The notes below the pieces were generated by a model. It saw only the letters and a list, made by a program, of their open reading frames with translations, did no database searches and was not told the origin of the DNA. A program made the translations under genes and the position numbers. Below are positions 50,601 through 64,000 of a stretch of 64,000 bases of DNA, piece by piece. The stretch's first letter is position 1. Each line of letters begins with the position of its first letter. This stretch comes from Iphione sp. A-MEVVRFRX5 (taxonomy: Eukaryota), in NCBI GenBank assembly GCA_976226885.1, contig OZ320321.1, positions 55,800,001 to 55,864,000 of the forward strand, in the 5' to 3' direction.

Positions 50601-53600
50601 AATGACCTCTTCTCACTCAAATCATCTCGATCGTAGTTTCGTCATGACGTTCAGCTTGATCATTAAAGTTGATGTATCACTCCGGTAAAATGTTATGAGA
50701 TATTTGCTCGGGAACATTATGCAAGTACTCCAAATTTCACGGAGAATGATCCAGACAATAGTGAAAGACGGTCGAGGAAAGGCATTAAGCTTTATGTCAA
50801 TCTCCGACCTCTTTTACGACGAGATATAGACCATCGAGCATAGGGATAATGATAGGGTAAAATACATAGCCCCGTTCTCTTAAGACTGCATCAAAAGAGA
50901 TGGCTCATCCCTTATTTAGTGCAGCCTCGGGGAACAACCGGCGGCCAAACATTGTGTAGGAGGCAGGTTTAATTCCTATAGAATTTACATTTATCAAGTC
51001 CACCATAATTTTCGCAGGCACTAGTAACACAACATTTTTTTTATTTGGAAGCTCTTGTGCCTAACAGTAGCATAAATTTGATATCACACAAATATATTTG
51101 GCATTTCGTTTCATATATGACATTCTGACATATTTATACATTGTGAACGAATACATTTTCACGTTGGATAAGGAGAAAGCAAATTTGATCCCTTGTCTTT
51201 TCGTGATCCATGAAGATATGTTTTCTGTCATGAAGCAATAAATATTAGCTTGTGCATTTCGAGCGAACGCACATAGCGAAAATAATACTAGGCCAACAGA
51301 ATGCACTTAAAGTTATCCCAATCTTTATAAATCAGCAGCCGTATGCCAAAAGTTGAAAGTGAAATGCACAAAGTTCAACATGTACGTCATAAACTTTAGA
51401 AGAAGGAATCTGTCACCTCTGGCAAAGTTTCTTGAAGCCAAGGCTGTCCGTTGGTATTCATAGGACTTTTACTCCTTCATAAAAAGGAAAACATACACTT
51501 AACACGACAAAGTTATGGCCTATTGAACATGCTCTATTTACCACCATGGACTGGCGTAAAACATTGAACAAACAACAGGTAAATGCGTTGAAACTATGGA
51601 GATGCCACGTAGCATTTCCATGCAATATAGAAGGTGGCGTACTGCTTGTTAGTGAGAGAAAACAGGTCCGCTGAAAAGGATGGTGTGGCTTTTGGGACGG
51701 GACAATGCACCGTGTGCCTGCAGGATGCCTCCACCCCTTCGCCTTGAGCATGTCTTTTGTTCCCCGTAGGACATGCATGGCTCCTGGTTTCAGGCAGGGT
51801 GAATGTCCTGTGATATCCAGCCGTCAGGCAGCATATTCGACTCTCGTCAGGAGGACAACCGACCGCCGTTTGGTCGGTACACAGAAATTCATTAAACTAA
51901 ACAGTCAGTGCAGCTCCAGGTCTATGGACACTGCATTAGGCCGCCATCGTTGCGCGTCCCCACCATCGACCTGTTAAGGAATGGTTGTAGGGTGTGCTGC
52001 TTTGGCGTTGATGCTGGGTTGAAGCTTACAGAGGGCGGAGTTGGCAGCTGCTGCGGGCGCCGTTGGGGCCTCAGAAGGCTGCTTATTTCATGCTGCTACT
52101 CGAGGCCGAAAGGGACTTGTCAGGTCTCTCCCAGTGCATAAGCCGTGCGCTGTTTTCCATGTAAATCTGCGTCAGATTGGTTGCTAAGCGGTGATTTGCC
52201 GCTGTATCTGCATGGCAGCACTAGAGGGGGGGGGCTTGAATCGGGCGGGTCCTCCCGCGGGAACAGGCGGATTATAACTATGCCATGGCCGCCTCCCAGC
52301 AGCATCCTTCGACCATATTTTATTGTCAAACACAGGCGGTCCACAGAAAAGGCAGATGTTGGGAAAAAAAACACATGCAAACGCCAAACTAGCATATTGA
52401 CTAAAAAGTGTCGCTTGTTTTGAAGAGGATCAGAGTAAAAACCCATTTTGTTATTCATTGCTCACTTCCGCCGGAAGGGCTCTCCGAAGAGGAGGAGAAA
52501 AAGACGGAGGACAGAGAAAATGCATGGTATCATTTTATATAAAGTAATTGAAGTGATTATGATTATGGATGAAGCAAAAAGCGACCAAGGTCCATTAATT
52601 GATTCTTGTTTATATCACTGAGACACGAGAAAACTTTCCAAACTACCATACACCTAAAAGATATATAACCTATTCTTATGCTACAAAAAACACTTGAGGA
52701 TGAATGAGCCTTCCCAGTCCTCATGGGTCGCATTGCTATATGAAAGACAGGGTAAGCACTCTTGGAAAATAAACGATTGGCTCCGATATAAATTCAGCGT
52801 CATTCCTGCTGAATGACCTCAGAGAATTTCCATGGAAGAGTCTGGCTTTGGGGGCAAGCACGATAGGAGGGACATTTGTTCTCGTCTGCAACACTGGATA
52901 TGTGTCTGGATATGTTCATGCATAGTCGGTTGTAGGATGACACGAGGACAGCTATAGAGCTCTCGTTGTAGAGAGTGATTGCTCACCAAATGTCTGTCAT
53001 TAAGAAGAATATCACATTGCACTCGCGTCTGCAGCGCATGTTATGGGCGAGCACTGATTGGCTCGTCTACTCCTGTAGTCCCTTGTTCGCTCCCCCAGTG
53101 GTGCACGCCATGCTGCGGAGGAACCATCTTAGAGTTTACGTTTACAGAAGATGTGTGACTTTACTCTCAGGAAATAAGAGAATCAAACTTTTTTTCACCA
53201 CTGAGACCATTACGTTACTAATTTTTAAAAAAAAAAGGCAATCAGTTAATATGCACTGTGCTCCAATGATAAGCCTCTGAATACTCCATTATCTTAGAAA
53301 GCCGAACTCGAGAATCCTGATTTCCGGCTATCCGACCTCAAGGATGTCCAGTTTTCCAAATCCTGTGTGTCTATTAACGTCGGACTAAATAAACTTAGAA
53401 TTCTTGTAAAAAAATCTCCCTGGTGACTTTTTATCAGATATGTTGCTTTTTGGGTCTCCCAGCATCTTGATAAGCTACTAGCATCTCAGCTAATCAAAGG
53501 GCAGTGATAGCATTTCTTCTGTTTAGAATAAATTTTGTGCCCTCAGGTTAAGAAAGACAGGAGATATTCACGTTTACCCGCATCTATGCTAATTAAATAT

Positions 53601-56138
53601 ATCGGTTTGGACTGTAAGGCTTAACTTCCTTGTACCTGTGTATCCATGTAGTATGTGTCCAGTCTAGGTAATGACATGAAAAGTTTGTGCCCTGCTTATC
53701 ATCCAAGACCACTCAAACACAGTGTGTTTGCCATATACATGTCTGTTCATAAGTATAGGTCCCCCTCAAAACAGAGATGAGCATGGAACATGGACCATGG
53801 TGGAATAGGACAATTCTCAATTCCACACACTGCGCCATGGCCATTGAAACAGGCTACACACTACACCAGTACATGGATACACTCCTGCTGCTCACCTGTA
53901 TTCCGCTCGACATGGCGACATGCTACACAAAGACATGGGCACAAGAAAATCCAGCCTAAGCAGCATGTATGTATATTTAGGAATGAGTCAGGATAAATGA
54001 CTGGGGGGGGGAGGGAATCAAGAAGTTCCCGGGGCACTTGTTTCTGTATTAGAAAAGAAGAAATATGTTAAACATGTTGAACTAAACATGTAAACTGCAA
54101 CCAGTTCAGGCGCATCTTCTCAAATGTTTCCCTTGGTTCTAGAATGCAGGGATGGCAGGCAAACTTTCTCTTTCGATTCATATGCCCCTTAGGATAATGA
54201 GAAGGTATCAATTTATCATTCAATAGCATCCAGAACATACTGCAGGTCATAATGAACATCGGTACAGAAGGCACGATTAAAATATCATCAATCAGAGTTC
54301 AAAGCAACGATTATGATACAGGCATCCCCCCAACTTCCAAGTTCTAACATGACACCAGAGATGTGGAGTATAGTCATAGGAAAGATGTAATGAAGAGGGT
54401 AGCTGCTGCCATTCCTTACCGGCTGTTAAAGGCTAAGTCGTGGCAGCAACCCTCTGCTAAAAGTTCTGCCATTCTGGCCATTCGGTCAGAGGGGAGTACA
54501 GGGCGAGGGAGTCATTGCCGGCGGCGGGTCGAGAAACCCCCGGGATGCCGCCTTAACGGAGGCCGCGCGGCCGCTCCCAATAAACATCCGTATGATGAAT
54601 GAGGCCGACATGGCGCTCAGGCCCGATGGCGTCGGCGGAAATCCGGTTGCGCCGTCAATCGGGGCGCGGTGGTGTGCCCCGTTAGACGACAAGAGCGGCG
54701 CCAGGGACACCTCCCCCGACAGCTGGGTAGGCGGATTGCGGGCGCGCGGAGGCGGGAACGGAGGCAGTAGTTGCCGTGGCACTACTACCGCGTCCGGCGC
54801 TGCCTGGCCCCCTGTGGTCAACGGCCCCTCTAATCGGCTTCACAAGAAATAATGTGCTTCCTGCGAAGCAGGCTTTCCCTCGGTCTCTGCTAGGGTCCTC
54901 CGAGAACTCGTGATAACTGATCAGAGCCGCCTACCGGTAAAGGATAAAAGCACTACTCATGCCATGCCCAATTGGGAAATCAATCGAACCAGTAATCGTC
55001 TTTTCATTAGAGAAGCAGTATAATTAGGAAGGATTGCTACAAATATCGCTCGGGAGGTAATATTTGTTCCGCGGCAGCTGACCATTGATTGCAGGCAATG
55101 TGCCGGTGATGGCGCTGTGTGACAGGAACAGGAATGACATAGGCTGTCTAGACCGGATACCCAAGACACAAAAGAGACAAGGCACATTACTACGTTAATA
55201 AAACACGACAAAAAGGGAACTGCTATCTTTAGCATCAAGGCAGCCACTTCAGCTAGGTCACCTTTTCTAACGACACGTAAAGACTGTAGAGTTCAAACTG
55301 CATGAGAACGAAGGAAATAGTCCAGCGGAAAAAGACAAACCATGGCCTGTCAAGATGTGAGGGTAATAGAAAGATTTATAGGTACGCCAAGGGACTTGAA
55401 GAAATACGAAGCGACTGGCACACACATGTGGTACGGGGAGCCGGCTGAAGGAGAGGAAGGTACCCGGTGTCCAAGGAAACGTATGGGTGAAAATACATCA
55501 TTAAAGGACAGGAGGCACACCTGCGCTTCTAACTTCTCCTATAGAAAAAAATGTTGGCTAGGTCGAAAGGTGGAAAAGTAAGCTGTGCAAAACATCATGG
55601 ATTTACCTGACGGAGAGAGATATGCAGCTGGGATTAAGGGAGAAACACTGTAATGATACAGGATATTTCTACATGTAAAGGTCATAACTACACGAAGTAA
55701 AGTAGCATGTATTCTCATTCCGCGACGAATTTAATGTAGATATTTATTGAAGACGATTAGAAGCTCTAAAGTAAAAAGCGGAAAGGAAGGGAACACTAAT
55801 GACAGGATACCGAACTGGTTCCCAGAACAATACTAGTGACAACCTGGAGAAAGAATCCCCATACCCCGACAGGGAAACGTACAAATTAAGAAGAAAGAGC
55901 AATATGAAAGGCCGCCCATTTAGTATTCATCCCCATAGTCCTCAATCATTATCCCTTCCGTGCAATTGTCCATTTATAAGGGCCTACTTCCCAAAGGTTG
56001 GGTAGCATGCTGGCTCATGTCCCACGAAAAGCCATAATACAGCGTGGGGAGAGTGACTCTATATTCGGGACTGCGAAAGTGAATAGACTAGGTAATCACT
56101 ACTTATTGCCACGCCCAAAATAGGCTCAAATGACTCAC

Positions 56139-56181
56139 CCCCACTAGATTGTGGCAGGCAACGATCTCTCCAGTAATCCAC
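56139..56181 (-). other. 43-nt exon with strong splice sites; probably a 5'-UTR or leader exon of the nAChR or of another - strand transcript
   Basis: ttcttttcttccag acceptor and GGG|gtgagt donor. A CCAAT-containing GC-rich region lies upstream at ~56650-56850. Confidence 0.35.
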
Positions 56182-56295
56182 CTGGAAGAAAAGAAGTCAT
56201 CTCCAGGATCGTTTGTTTATCAACTAAATAACTGCTTGTGGGTTGTCGGATGGCAACAACGGGGCGGACAAATGGCTTGACGATTCAGCGAAGTC

Positions 56296-56300
<5 letters not shown>

Positions 56301-56326
<26 letters not shown>
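56301..56326. repeat. (TC)n microsatellite
   Basis: 13 TC units. Confidence 0.9.
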
Positions 56327-56331
<5 letters not shown>

Positions 56332-58400
56332 GAGATCACCGTCGTCCCTTCCCGAGATATAAGCTGATACTTGTCAAAGCCGGGTAATGTGGAGTAATAG
56401 AAGGTGACGATGTATCTTAAATGGGACTCATGCCCTAGCTCCCACCCCACCACCATCCCTTGCAGATTATATAAAAATTGTACCCACGGTTTCTCGACGA
56501 CCGTGTTCCTCACGCTCGTCGAAGAAAATATGCATGCGAAGGCTTTCCGGTTACCGGATAATTTAAACTGACGGTCTTTTCAGCCCTGTTACCTAAAAGC
56601 TCCCACATCAGGCAATTTACCTATCATCCTTCACCAGGCCTATTGCTCACGTCACGATGTGTTGCCAATCGCCGTTGGTTCACTCGGAACCCGCCCGGAT
56701 ACATCCTTTAAAGCCAAACATGACATTTTGGCCTTGTAGTTCACAACACCCTGTATTAACATCCAGTGCCGAAAGCATGTGCTAGGTTTCCTTCATGGCC
56801 ACGGAAATCCGCTTTTCATTGGTTCTGGCCAATCAATTGGCAATTTGTTGCTATGTACGCGTTCGCGGATAACTAAGCTCGGCGCATAAAAAATTCATTG
56901 AAACTGTCCAAAGGAATTTAATTTGCCACCTGTTGCCAGTTGTAAGGCTTCATTATACATGTCGATCAGGGACTTAAGTGTGTGTGTGTGTGTGTTTGTG
57001 GGTAAAAGAAAGAGAGTCAGTGAGACTTTTTGTACTGCTTGACAGCAGAGAATACATTTGTAAAGTTTCTGATACATTTTCAATGAATGCAGTGCTATCT
57101 AATATGACTTGACTGCTTTGCACATACAGAAACATACACATTCTCTGACTGACGATATTGCATTTTATAGGTAACGGGATAGTTTCTTCACATAGTGCAC
57201 TCAGTTAATTTTCAAACGCCCTATGGATGTTTCATCGTCTGACAATTCCTTTCTGTGGCTGAATGCATTATAGATGTAACGTGGAGTGCGCATCACTCGC
57301 GTGGCCAGTCCTCTCGTCATAAAATGCCAAGAAGTTCGATTGAAGATACCTTAGACTTGGCTTCAGAGGAAAGGTTTAGGTCATTACAGAAAAGTTGCTT
57401 TGACGTGAACTTGGCGAACCTTGTTCATTAGACAGCTAGGTCAAATTTGCCACGCAACGATACCACCAAGTCTATACTGTATGCAAAAAGGCTGAATCGT
57501 GCCGAGAAGAGCAAAAAATGCATATTCTTTGAGTCACATATGGGATATATTACTTCGCTATACTTGATATAACGTGTCGAACAGGATCTTCATTGAACAA
57601 AAGACATCTACTTAATGATTTGGAGACGCACTTCTCCGAATCTGTTCGATGCATTTCGGCCACGCAATTAAGAGCTGGCGGTATACAATGTACTTCTTGT
57701 GGGATTGCCTTGCCTGCGTATTCCTTCACAGTAAGAGAACATCATATTTCTATTTCTGTGTGTGTATGTGTACCAGTGAAAAGGTGGAGTCACCCTGCAG
57801 ACTTTCTCTATGACGTCACAGAATGAGACTATTAACGGGGGGGGGGCCAAGCGTCTTTTGTCACAATGACTCTATGGGCAGCTTCGTCTTCAGCGGCTTC
57901 CTACAACTCTGCCAGCTATAATAGGTGGGACTAATGAGGATGGATTTATGGGTCCACACGGTCTGCGGCCATCCGGGCGGATGGCCGTGCATATCTAGAC
58001 TATCGATCCGTGTTTGGCCAGCAATGTATTGGAGTACTACTCCTTGGTTGAGATCAATGACGGAGGGCGAGAAAGAGGATGAAGGACATAATAGGAAGGA
58101 AGGACGACAAGACGCAAGCCATTCGGCGGTGATAACCGGAAGAAGTGGCCTTTTGTTGACAGGAATTTCTCAGCACATCAATATGTAGATCAGAAAAATA
58201 CAGATTTGGTTTATAGAATATATGGAGCCCTCAATAGTAGATTATTCAAGATTTATATCTTTTAGACTACCCCGCGGAAGGCTTTGAACGGAGATAGCTT
58301 TAGATATGTGCTGAGACGCAGAGGAACAGATTAGCCCTTTTGGACTTGCGTATCCTTATCCGTATTTGCCTGCCCTGCTCTCATCGTCGGAGTCTTCTCC

Positions 58401-58781
58401 TCATTCGGAACCTAACACTGCCGAAATGGCCCTATCATATTTCACGGCTGGACCTAGGATGGCATCGATTTGTTTCACAAGCAATCGATTGGACTGCAAG
58501 ACGGCCTTTCCAATGGCGACCGCGGCCGCCGCCCTTGATGACGGCCCGAGTCGAGAAGAGGCGCGGCTCGCGGCTCCTTCATTGACGCCGCCGCCGCCGC
58601 CGAATGACCGGCCGCTGATCCGCTGCGCGATGATATCAGCAATGGCTGTATGAATCGAGGCGCTCTCCTCCTCCTCATCCTCCTCGTCTCTCTCGACTCT
58701 GTAAAGGGGACGTCCCGGCCCGGGGAGTGGCAGCCGCAGCAGTGCCAGCAAAATCAATGAAAGCAATCCGCCTGTAGACAT
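58401..58781 (-). CDS. Candidate secreted prepropeptide, 126 aa, single coding exon
   Basis: Hydrophobic signal-like N-terminus MSTGGLLSLILLALLRLPLPGPG, then RPLYRVER (R-x-x-R), an acidic run and GR/GK sites. ATG has A at -3; acceptor tctctccgacgcag opens an exon at 58859; locally GC-rich codons. No family recognised. Confidence 0.45.
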   Translation of the reverse strand: MSTGGLLSLILLALLRLPLPGPGRPLYRVERDEEDEEEESASIHTAIADIIAQRISGRSFGGGGGVNEGAASRASSRLGPSSRAAAAVAIGKAVLQSNRLLVKQIDAILGPAVKYDRAISAVLGSE

Positions 58782-58896
58782 GTTTCATTTGCAAAAATGA
58801 CCTTGGCGATGGCCAAACGAACGGCCAACAACGGGCTATTATTTCCGCTAAAATGTCACCTGCGTCGGAGAGATACATACGTTCGTGTAGTGTATA

Positions 58897-59050
58897 GAAG
58901 AAAAAGAATGAGAAGCAGAAGAAGAAGAAGAAGATGAAGAAAAGAAAGGGAGAAGCAGAAGAAGAAGAAGAAGAAGAAGAAGATGAAGAAAAGAAAGGGA
59001 GAAGGAGAAGAAGACAGAGAGGGAGAAGAGACACGAGTAACGGCAGAAGA
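58897..59050. repeat. Compound (GAA)n repeat with an internal ~40-46-bp duplication
   Basis: gaagca(gaa)n gatgaagaaaagaaaggga occurs twice in tandem. Confidence 0.9.
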
Positions 59051-60699
59051 TCCGCGAGAACGGATGAGGGTGAAGTTGAACGATTAGTAAGAAGGAGCAA
59101 GAGCGGCAGTAAATGATATTTTTTTTATTCAGATGAACATATCTGTTATCATTCTGCGAGAGCAAATTTAAAAACTATCTTAAACCGGGGGAGGTTCGCT
59201 GTTATTACCGACAGCAAATTATCAGACATGCTTATTCTTTCTGGAAGTCTCTCGAGGTTTCTTAAAAAAACATAACAAAAATCCTATTCAGCGACACCAT
59301 CATCCGCCATACCCAGTGCAATAGACATTAATCAGGCTTGATTGCCGTTCTGAATAGATAACTCAAATTAAAATAAGTTGTTATGGAAATGAGGGTGGCA
59401 CAGCCATTGAGGCCTGGCTGACTTTGCAGATAGCCAGCCGCTGCTCTCTTTGTCAGAATCTCGCCTGGACCCGATGATAATTGGCGTACCGGAACCGAAG
59501 GCATTAAGTGAATAATTGTGGGCTAAATGTTACTAATTTGGCCCGAGAAGGGAACGTTCCGACGCCGTCCGATAAGACAGCACGCTGACAACGCCTCGTT
59601 GCCTCTTCGGAAACTGGTTTCTTGACAATTTACTTTCGTCTTCGGAAGAAGAGGAGGAGAACAACTGCCTCATTGTGCAGAAAAATGCGATTCTTTTTAT
59701 CGGCAAAGTCCTTCGGGGCCTAGCTTGCTGCCCTCAGTGACTTCCAAGATACGGTAGAAGTATTATTCTGCTCTGTATCAGCGCAATTTATCAAGGCTCA
59801 GTTATATAGGCTCTTATCAAATATGCCCCTTAGGGACGAGGGAAGGAGAGTCAGTAATAACTACGTTAGGACGAAGTTAAGGCTTCCCATTAAGCTTACA
59901 ATAAATCTTGAATTTTAATGGCCTCCCTCTAAGTTGTAATGGTATTAACACAGTCCTGTGCTGCTCAGTTTCACGACTGGATCAACAGTGAATGATACTT
60001 TTTAACTGGTCGACACAGTCGTAATCGAAGACGAAGGGGCCCAAAGGGTATATTGTCGGAAGGTACGGTTTACTTCAGAAGCTAGAAGACGCACTGATGT
60101 AGCCCATGGTTTCATTAAGTGAACCTACGCCAGCCATGCTGTGTATGCTTCTCAATACCGTATAAAAGGAAACTTCAAAGGAAGAGAAATCGACTGATGC
60201 CAATACACGTCCATGGTGTGAGGGCCTTAAATTGGCATATACATATATACATGTATATGTAGAGTGTGAGGAGCTTGGCTGCTTGATACGGCAGGATAGA
60301 GAAATGGTTACTAGGCACATGTTGAGGTTATATGCATTTGGTTGAAAGCTTCCTTTTCCCGCAAGCGCTCGGCGCTCGGGAAGGACTTCCTTTACACCGT
60401 CAATCCAGTGACTGCCTTTGTCGCCAGCATGGTTGCTTCACACATTAGCCAAGACCAGGCCAGCTGTGAATATCTTCACGCCCCATGCGCTCCGCCTGCG
60501 GGTCAACGGTCGTGGAACTTGGCTTTTTTCGGTGGCCAAGGCCCGGCTAGTGGGGTTTGGCGGTTAACGGGACGAATTCCACGGAATCCTGCCCATTAGG
60601 ACCCCCAGACCAGGAGGACTAACCCTGGGCAGATGGCTACAGGGCGTTGATCCCTAAATGCACGCCATTAAACAGAGGCTGTAGGTTACTGGCCATCTC

Positions 60700-61050
60700 C
60701 CCCCCCACCCCTTGCTGACCGATGGACGTTGGTAGCTGGCAAGAGAGCAACCTATATAAGGGGGCCTTGGTAACGTCCCTCTTGCCACCTACATCTGCAA
60801 CCTTGGAAACCTTGGCAACGGCAACGATGACTGCGTCCCTCTCCCCGCCCCCCCCCCCCCTCAGTGTATATGGCTGCCATGCACATTTGCACGAGATGCG
60901 TTTTCGGTCACATGGCCTGCCACCTTGTCGATGGTAACAACTGATCCCAAGCGTCGTTATCGCCTCACGCTCCGGTGACGCCTCCTTCCGGTGAGCAGCC
61001 CTCCGCATGACGCCAGGTGGCGATAGTGCTTCCTGTGACGTCATCACTGA
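60700..61050. promoter_or_regulatory. Promoter/enhancer-like GC-rich tract
   Basis: ctatataag at ~60752, several RFX half-sites (ggcaac/ggtaac), a GC box and a TGACGTCA CRE palindrome at ~61036. Motifs only. Confidence 0.25.
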
Positions 61051-63519
61051 AGGACCACACGGGAGAAGAAGACATGTATCGGAAAGAAGAGTAGAGAAAA
61101 GGACTAGGTTTTGGTTTTAAAAAAACATGCATTTATACTTATTTTCATACATATATGTACGTTATGCTTGTGCCCTTGGGATGCGACTAATCCTAACAGA
61201 GCACACTACAACCTTGAACGTTGAAAGTTGTTTGGGAGAAATTTTTATCTGAAATGGATCTCTTGTGGGCAGCTACCATTGTTCAGCATTAAGTTGTCTG
61301 CCTGGACTCAGAACAAAGCGAGCGGAATACCTTACATCTATTGGCACGTTGGTAGATCGCATGTTACACGCAAAAAGACTACCAGGTGCAAGTCTGCTCA
61401 GTGCATGCTATTCTAAAACACCAGCATTATAGCTTGTTATTCACATGGGGTCTTCTGGGAAATTTTAAGCAGGGAGCTCTTGTATTAATTTACAAGATTC
61501 TTGAGAATCATACTAATGTATTGAAGACTGGCAAGTCCAATATTGGTTTATTGGCCGGTGGTCCTTGTAGTAGTTATATCAAATTAATGTTGGTATATGC
61601 AATGGACTGTGACCAACACCAGTCTGAATACATTTAGTTACTAAGATCAGAAAAGAAGAGAAAATACGAAGCATGTACGATCCAAACGGTTTAAAACCTC
61701 TACAAACACAGGAAATTGCCAAGAGCTGAACTTAAATGAAATGCTCCTCTAGTTTACAGTCATGTATATAAATATAAAGCTTGGATAGTCAGAGACAAAA
61801 CCATTTAATATAACAACTTTTTGCGACATCAGCTAAACCGAGCGATATTCTCACACACCCACACGAAGGTTTAGCGTTATACATGGCTAGCATCATGAGG
61901 GGCAAGTACTGATCTCTAGCTATGCTAATAAGGATTGCTCAAGTAGCAGTGCACCTGTTGACCTGAGAAAGAAAAGCACAATGTGGTTCAACACATTTTA
62001 AAACGTACAAAATAAGTTTAAAAACACATTATAAAATGTTACGGGTACAAATGTATATTAACATCTTATCTTGGCAAGGTTTGAAATTTATGCGTTTTGG
62101 GAACGGTCTAAAATCAGCATGTTATGTCCTTCTGCAGGATGCATTAGTGCATACTGTACTCAAGGCTAATTATACATATCAAATGTTACACTCCATCGAT
62201 TTCGCCATCTATCCAGTTTTAAGGACAGAAACAGAGTGGTGTTTCCACACACAGGGAATTCTTCATCAGAGGGCTGATGGAGATCGATCTTTAGGACCAA
62301 ACAAGCTCGTAAAAAAGAAGAGATAATAACACCAGAGAGGCGGTGGGCTTTGGTCCGCCAAGCGGCCAGGCAAAGAGATGAAGACGGGGATGTCTAAAGA
62401 TGATCAGAAGGGACGTCCGCGGCCAAAGCGAAAGGTCGGACCCATAGAAGCCATGTCGTTCTCTTCGGAATGGGACGAAGGGTTTATGGCGGATTAGATT
62501 TCCACCTGACACAGGTAGCTGCACTTGCATGCTAACATGCAATCATGCAAACATTTCTAGACTGTGCCGCAGACACGCTGGAAACAGTCTGTAGAAAGCT
62601 GTGATGACAATTTCAGGTAGGGACTTCAACCTGTAGGCGTATAATAACTTGTAATAGCATGCATGTTAGTACCTAGGCGACAGAAAACTTTGAAACATTG
62701 AAGTAATATTCTGGTTTTTAGAGGGTGGAAAGTCAATTAGGAATTTTCGATTTTTGTCTTAAAAATGGCATTTAAAATTGCAAACCATTTGCGACCAGGA
62801 CCGTTGGAGACCTTTCCCTAACGTCGACAAAATTCTGGGAGGAATTTCAAGAAAAAAAAAATTACGAGAAGTGAAATGTTAAATCTATTAGTCTGCGGAT
62901 TTCTGTGGAGTCTACAGTTAATGAGGCAAGCCTTTTTTGCCCAGCCTTCGTTCCTACAAACTTCAGCGGAAATGAAGCTTTTTACGGTTGTCAAGACACC
63001 ATATGGTAAAGCTACCTGTTCCTCTGCCGATTCCCATTAGCCCTGCATTTTACCTGGTCGAGGCTAAAAGCCCGAAGGCCACACGGCTCATGCTGACCAC
63101 AGCGGGACCTGACCTACGTTTGCACTGGAGCCGTAGCTGCTGCTTGCCTCCGCGCGCTGCAGCCTGTGTCGTTGTCAGAAAGGTGAGCCTCGTATCGAGC
63201 CAACCTTGCTCGTTGGCCTTTATTTCCTTTGCAAAAGCGTGGATCGAATGCACATTAAAAAACCGCTGTTTCTGGCTAGCATTAAGGTTTTAAGCGTGGC
63301 GAAAGTGAAGTTCTAGCTGTATGGATATGGCTGGATTTGATATTCATAGTTGGAGATTTTCTAGGAGGCACACATCTAGAGTCTGTATTCTTGGATATAA
63401 ATATGAAAGGGTCATTTTTCACGGTCAACATGAGAGATATGGCTTCAAAAATCAATCTTAGCCGTCTGACATTTGCTATTTTCTACAGGCGGGTGCAGGA
63501 TTGTGGACAGTGATATAGT

Positions 63520-63650
63520 GGTAGTGAGGCAGGAGAGAGAGGGAGAGCGAGTGTGTGAGACATGGAGAAAGAGACAGAACAAGAAAAAGAAAAAGGGACA
63601 AAGAGGGAGAGAGAAAGAGAGAGAGAGAAAGAAGCAGAGAGAGACAAAAG
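63520..63650. repeat. GA-rich low-complexity tract
   Basis: Degenerate (GA)n/(GAAA)n sequence. Confidence 0.75.
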
Positions 63651-64000
63651 GAATAACAACGATAGACGGCTTAGAATAGATCTTTTTCCTTAGATTCTGA
63701 AGCACATCTATTTACTGAATCATATTACAACACACGAAGCACTGCATATTTAAGTGGAAAGTGGACTATACAAACTCAGTTCACGGGAAAGACACTTCAC
63801 ACTAGAGGCAACTGAAGCCGAGAAGGGAAAGAGGCCGATAGATTTCCGGTATTGATACGACAATCTGATAGCCAATCAATACAAATGCACGTAACCGGAC
63901 CCGCCTGAGGTTGTACCCGGCCCAAGTGCTAAAGGCTGCTGACCCTACAGTGGCTCGACAATGCTCATAAGTAATAAACTCGGCCTAGGGATAAACATCA

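Noticed and set aside
54480-54860. GC-rich island with ORFs on both strands (86 and 111 aa)
   Set aside because: Pro/Gly/Ala/Arg-biased translations typical of CpG-rich regulatory DNA, with no domain or convincing splice framework.
55596-55620. Polypyrimidine-CAG|GTAAAT (and tttttttcag|gtaaga at ~4033-4047 on the - strand) as recursive splice sites
   Set aside because: The host introns are not established and such motifs occur by chance; it would need sawtooth nascent-RNA data.

Overview
Eukaryotic, intron-rich genomic DNA, most likely from a lophotrochozoan invertebrate (mollusc/annelid-like, inferred from the receptor type). From left to right it holds: (1) the 3' end of an unidentified + strand gene (exons ~144-257 and 3188-3462); (2) an intronless MFSD6L-type transporter CDS (10079-12016, +) followed by a 61-bp minisatellite; (3) a - strand alpha-type nicotinic acetylcholine receptor locus with anion-channel-type M1-M2 residues; (4) a candidate secreted prepropeptide ORF (58401-58781, -). 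The receptor locus is the unusual part. I find only one N-terminal exon (41345-41538) but two complete, intact 3' gene bodies in tandem (module B 30707-36750, module A 21280-24673), with identical exon phases and separate stop codons. Module B also carries two 87-nt copies of the M2 pore exon. A 10+8-bp complementarity links the start of the intron after the shared exon to the sequence just past module B's AATAAA, and could loop out module B. The inferred system is one promoter producing at least three receptor subunits with different pores through 3'-module and exon switching. The signal-peptide exon of the receptor was not identified. All exon calls and alignments were made by hand.
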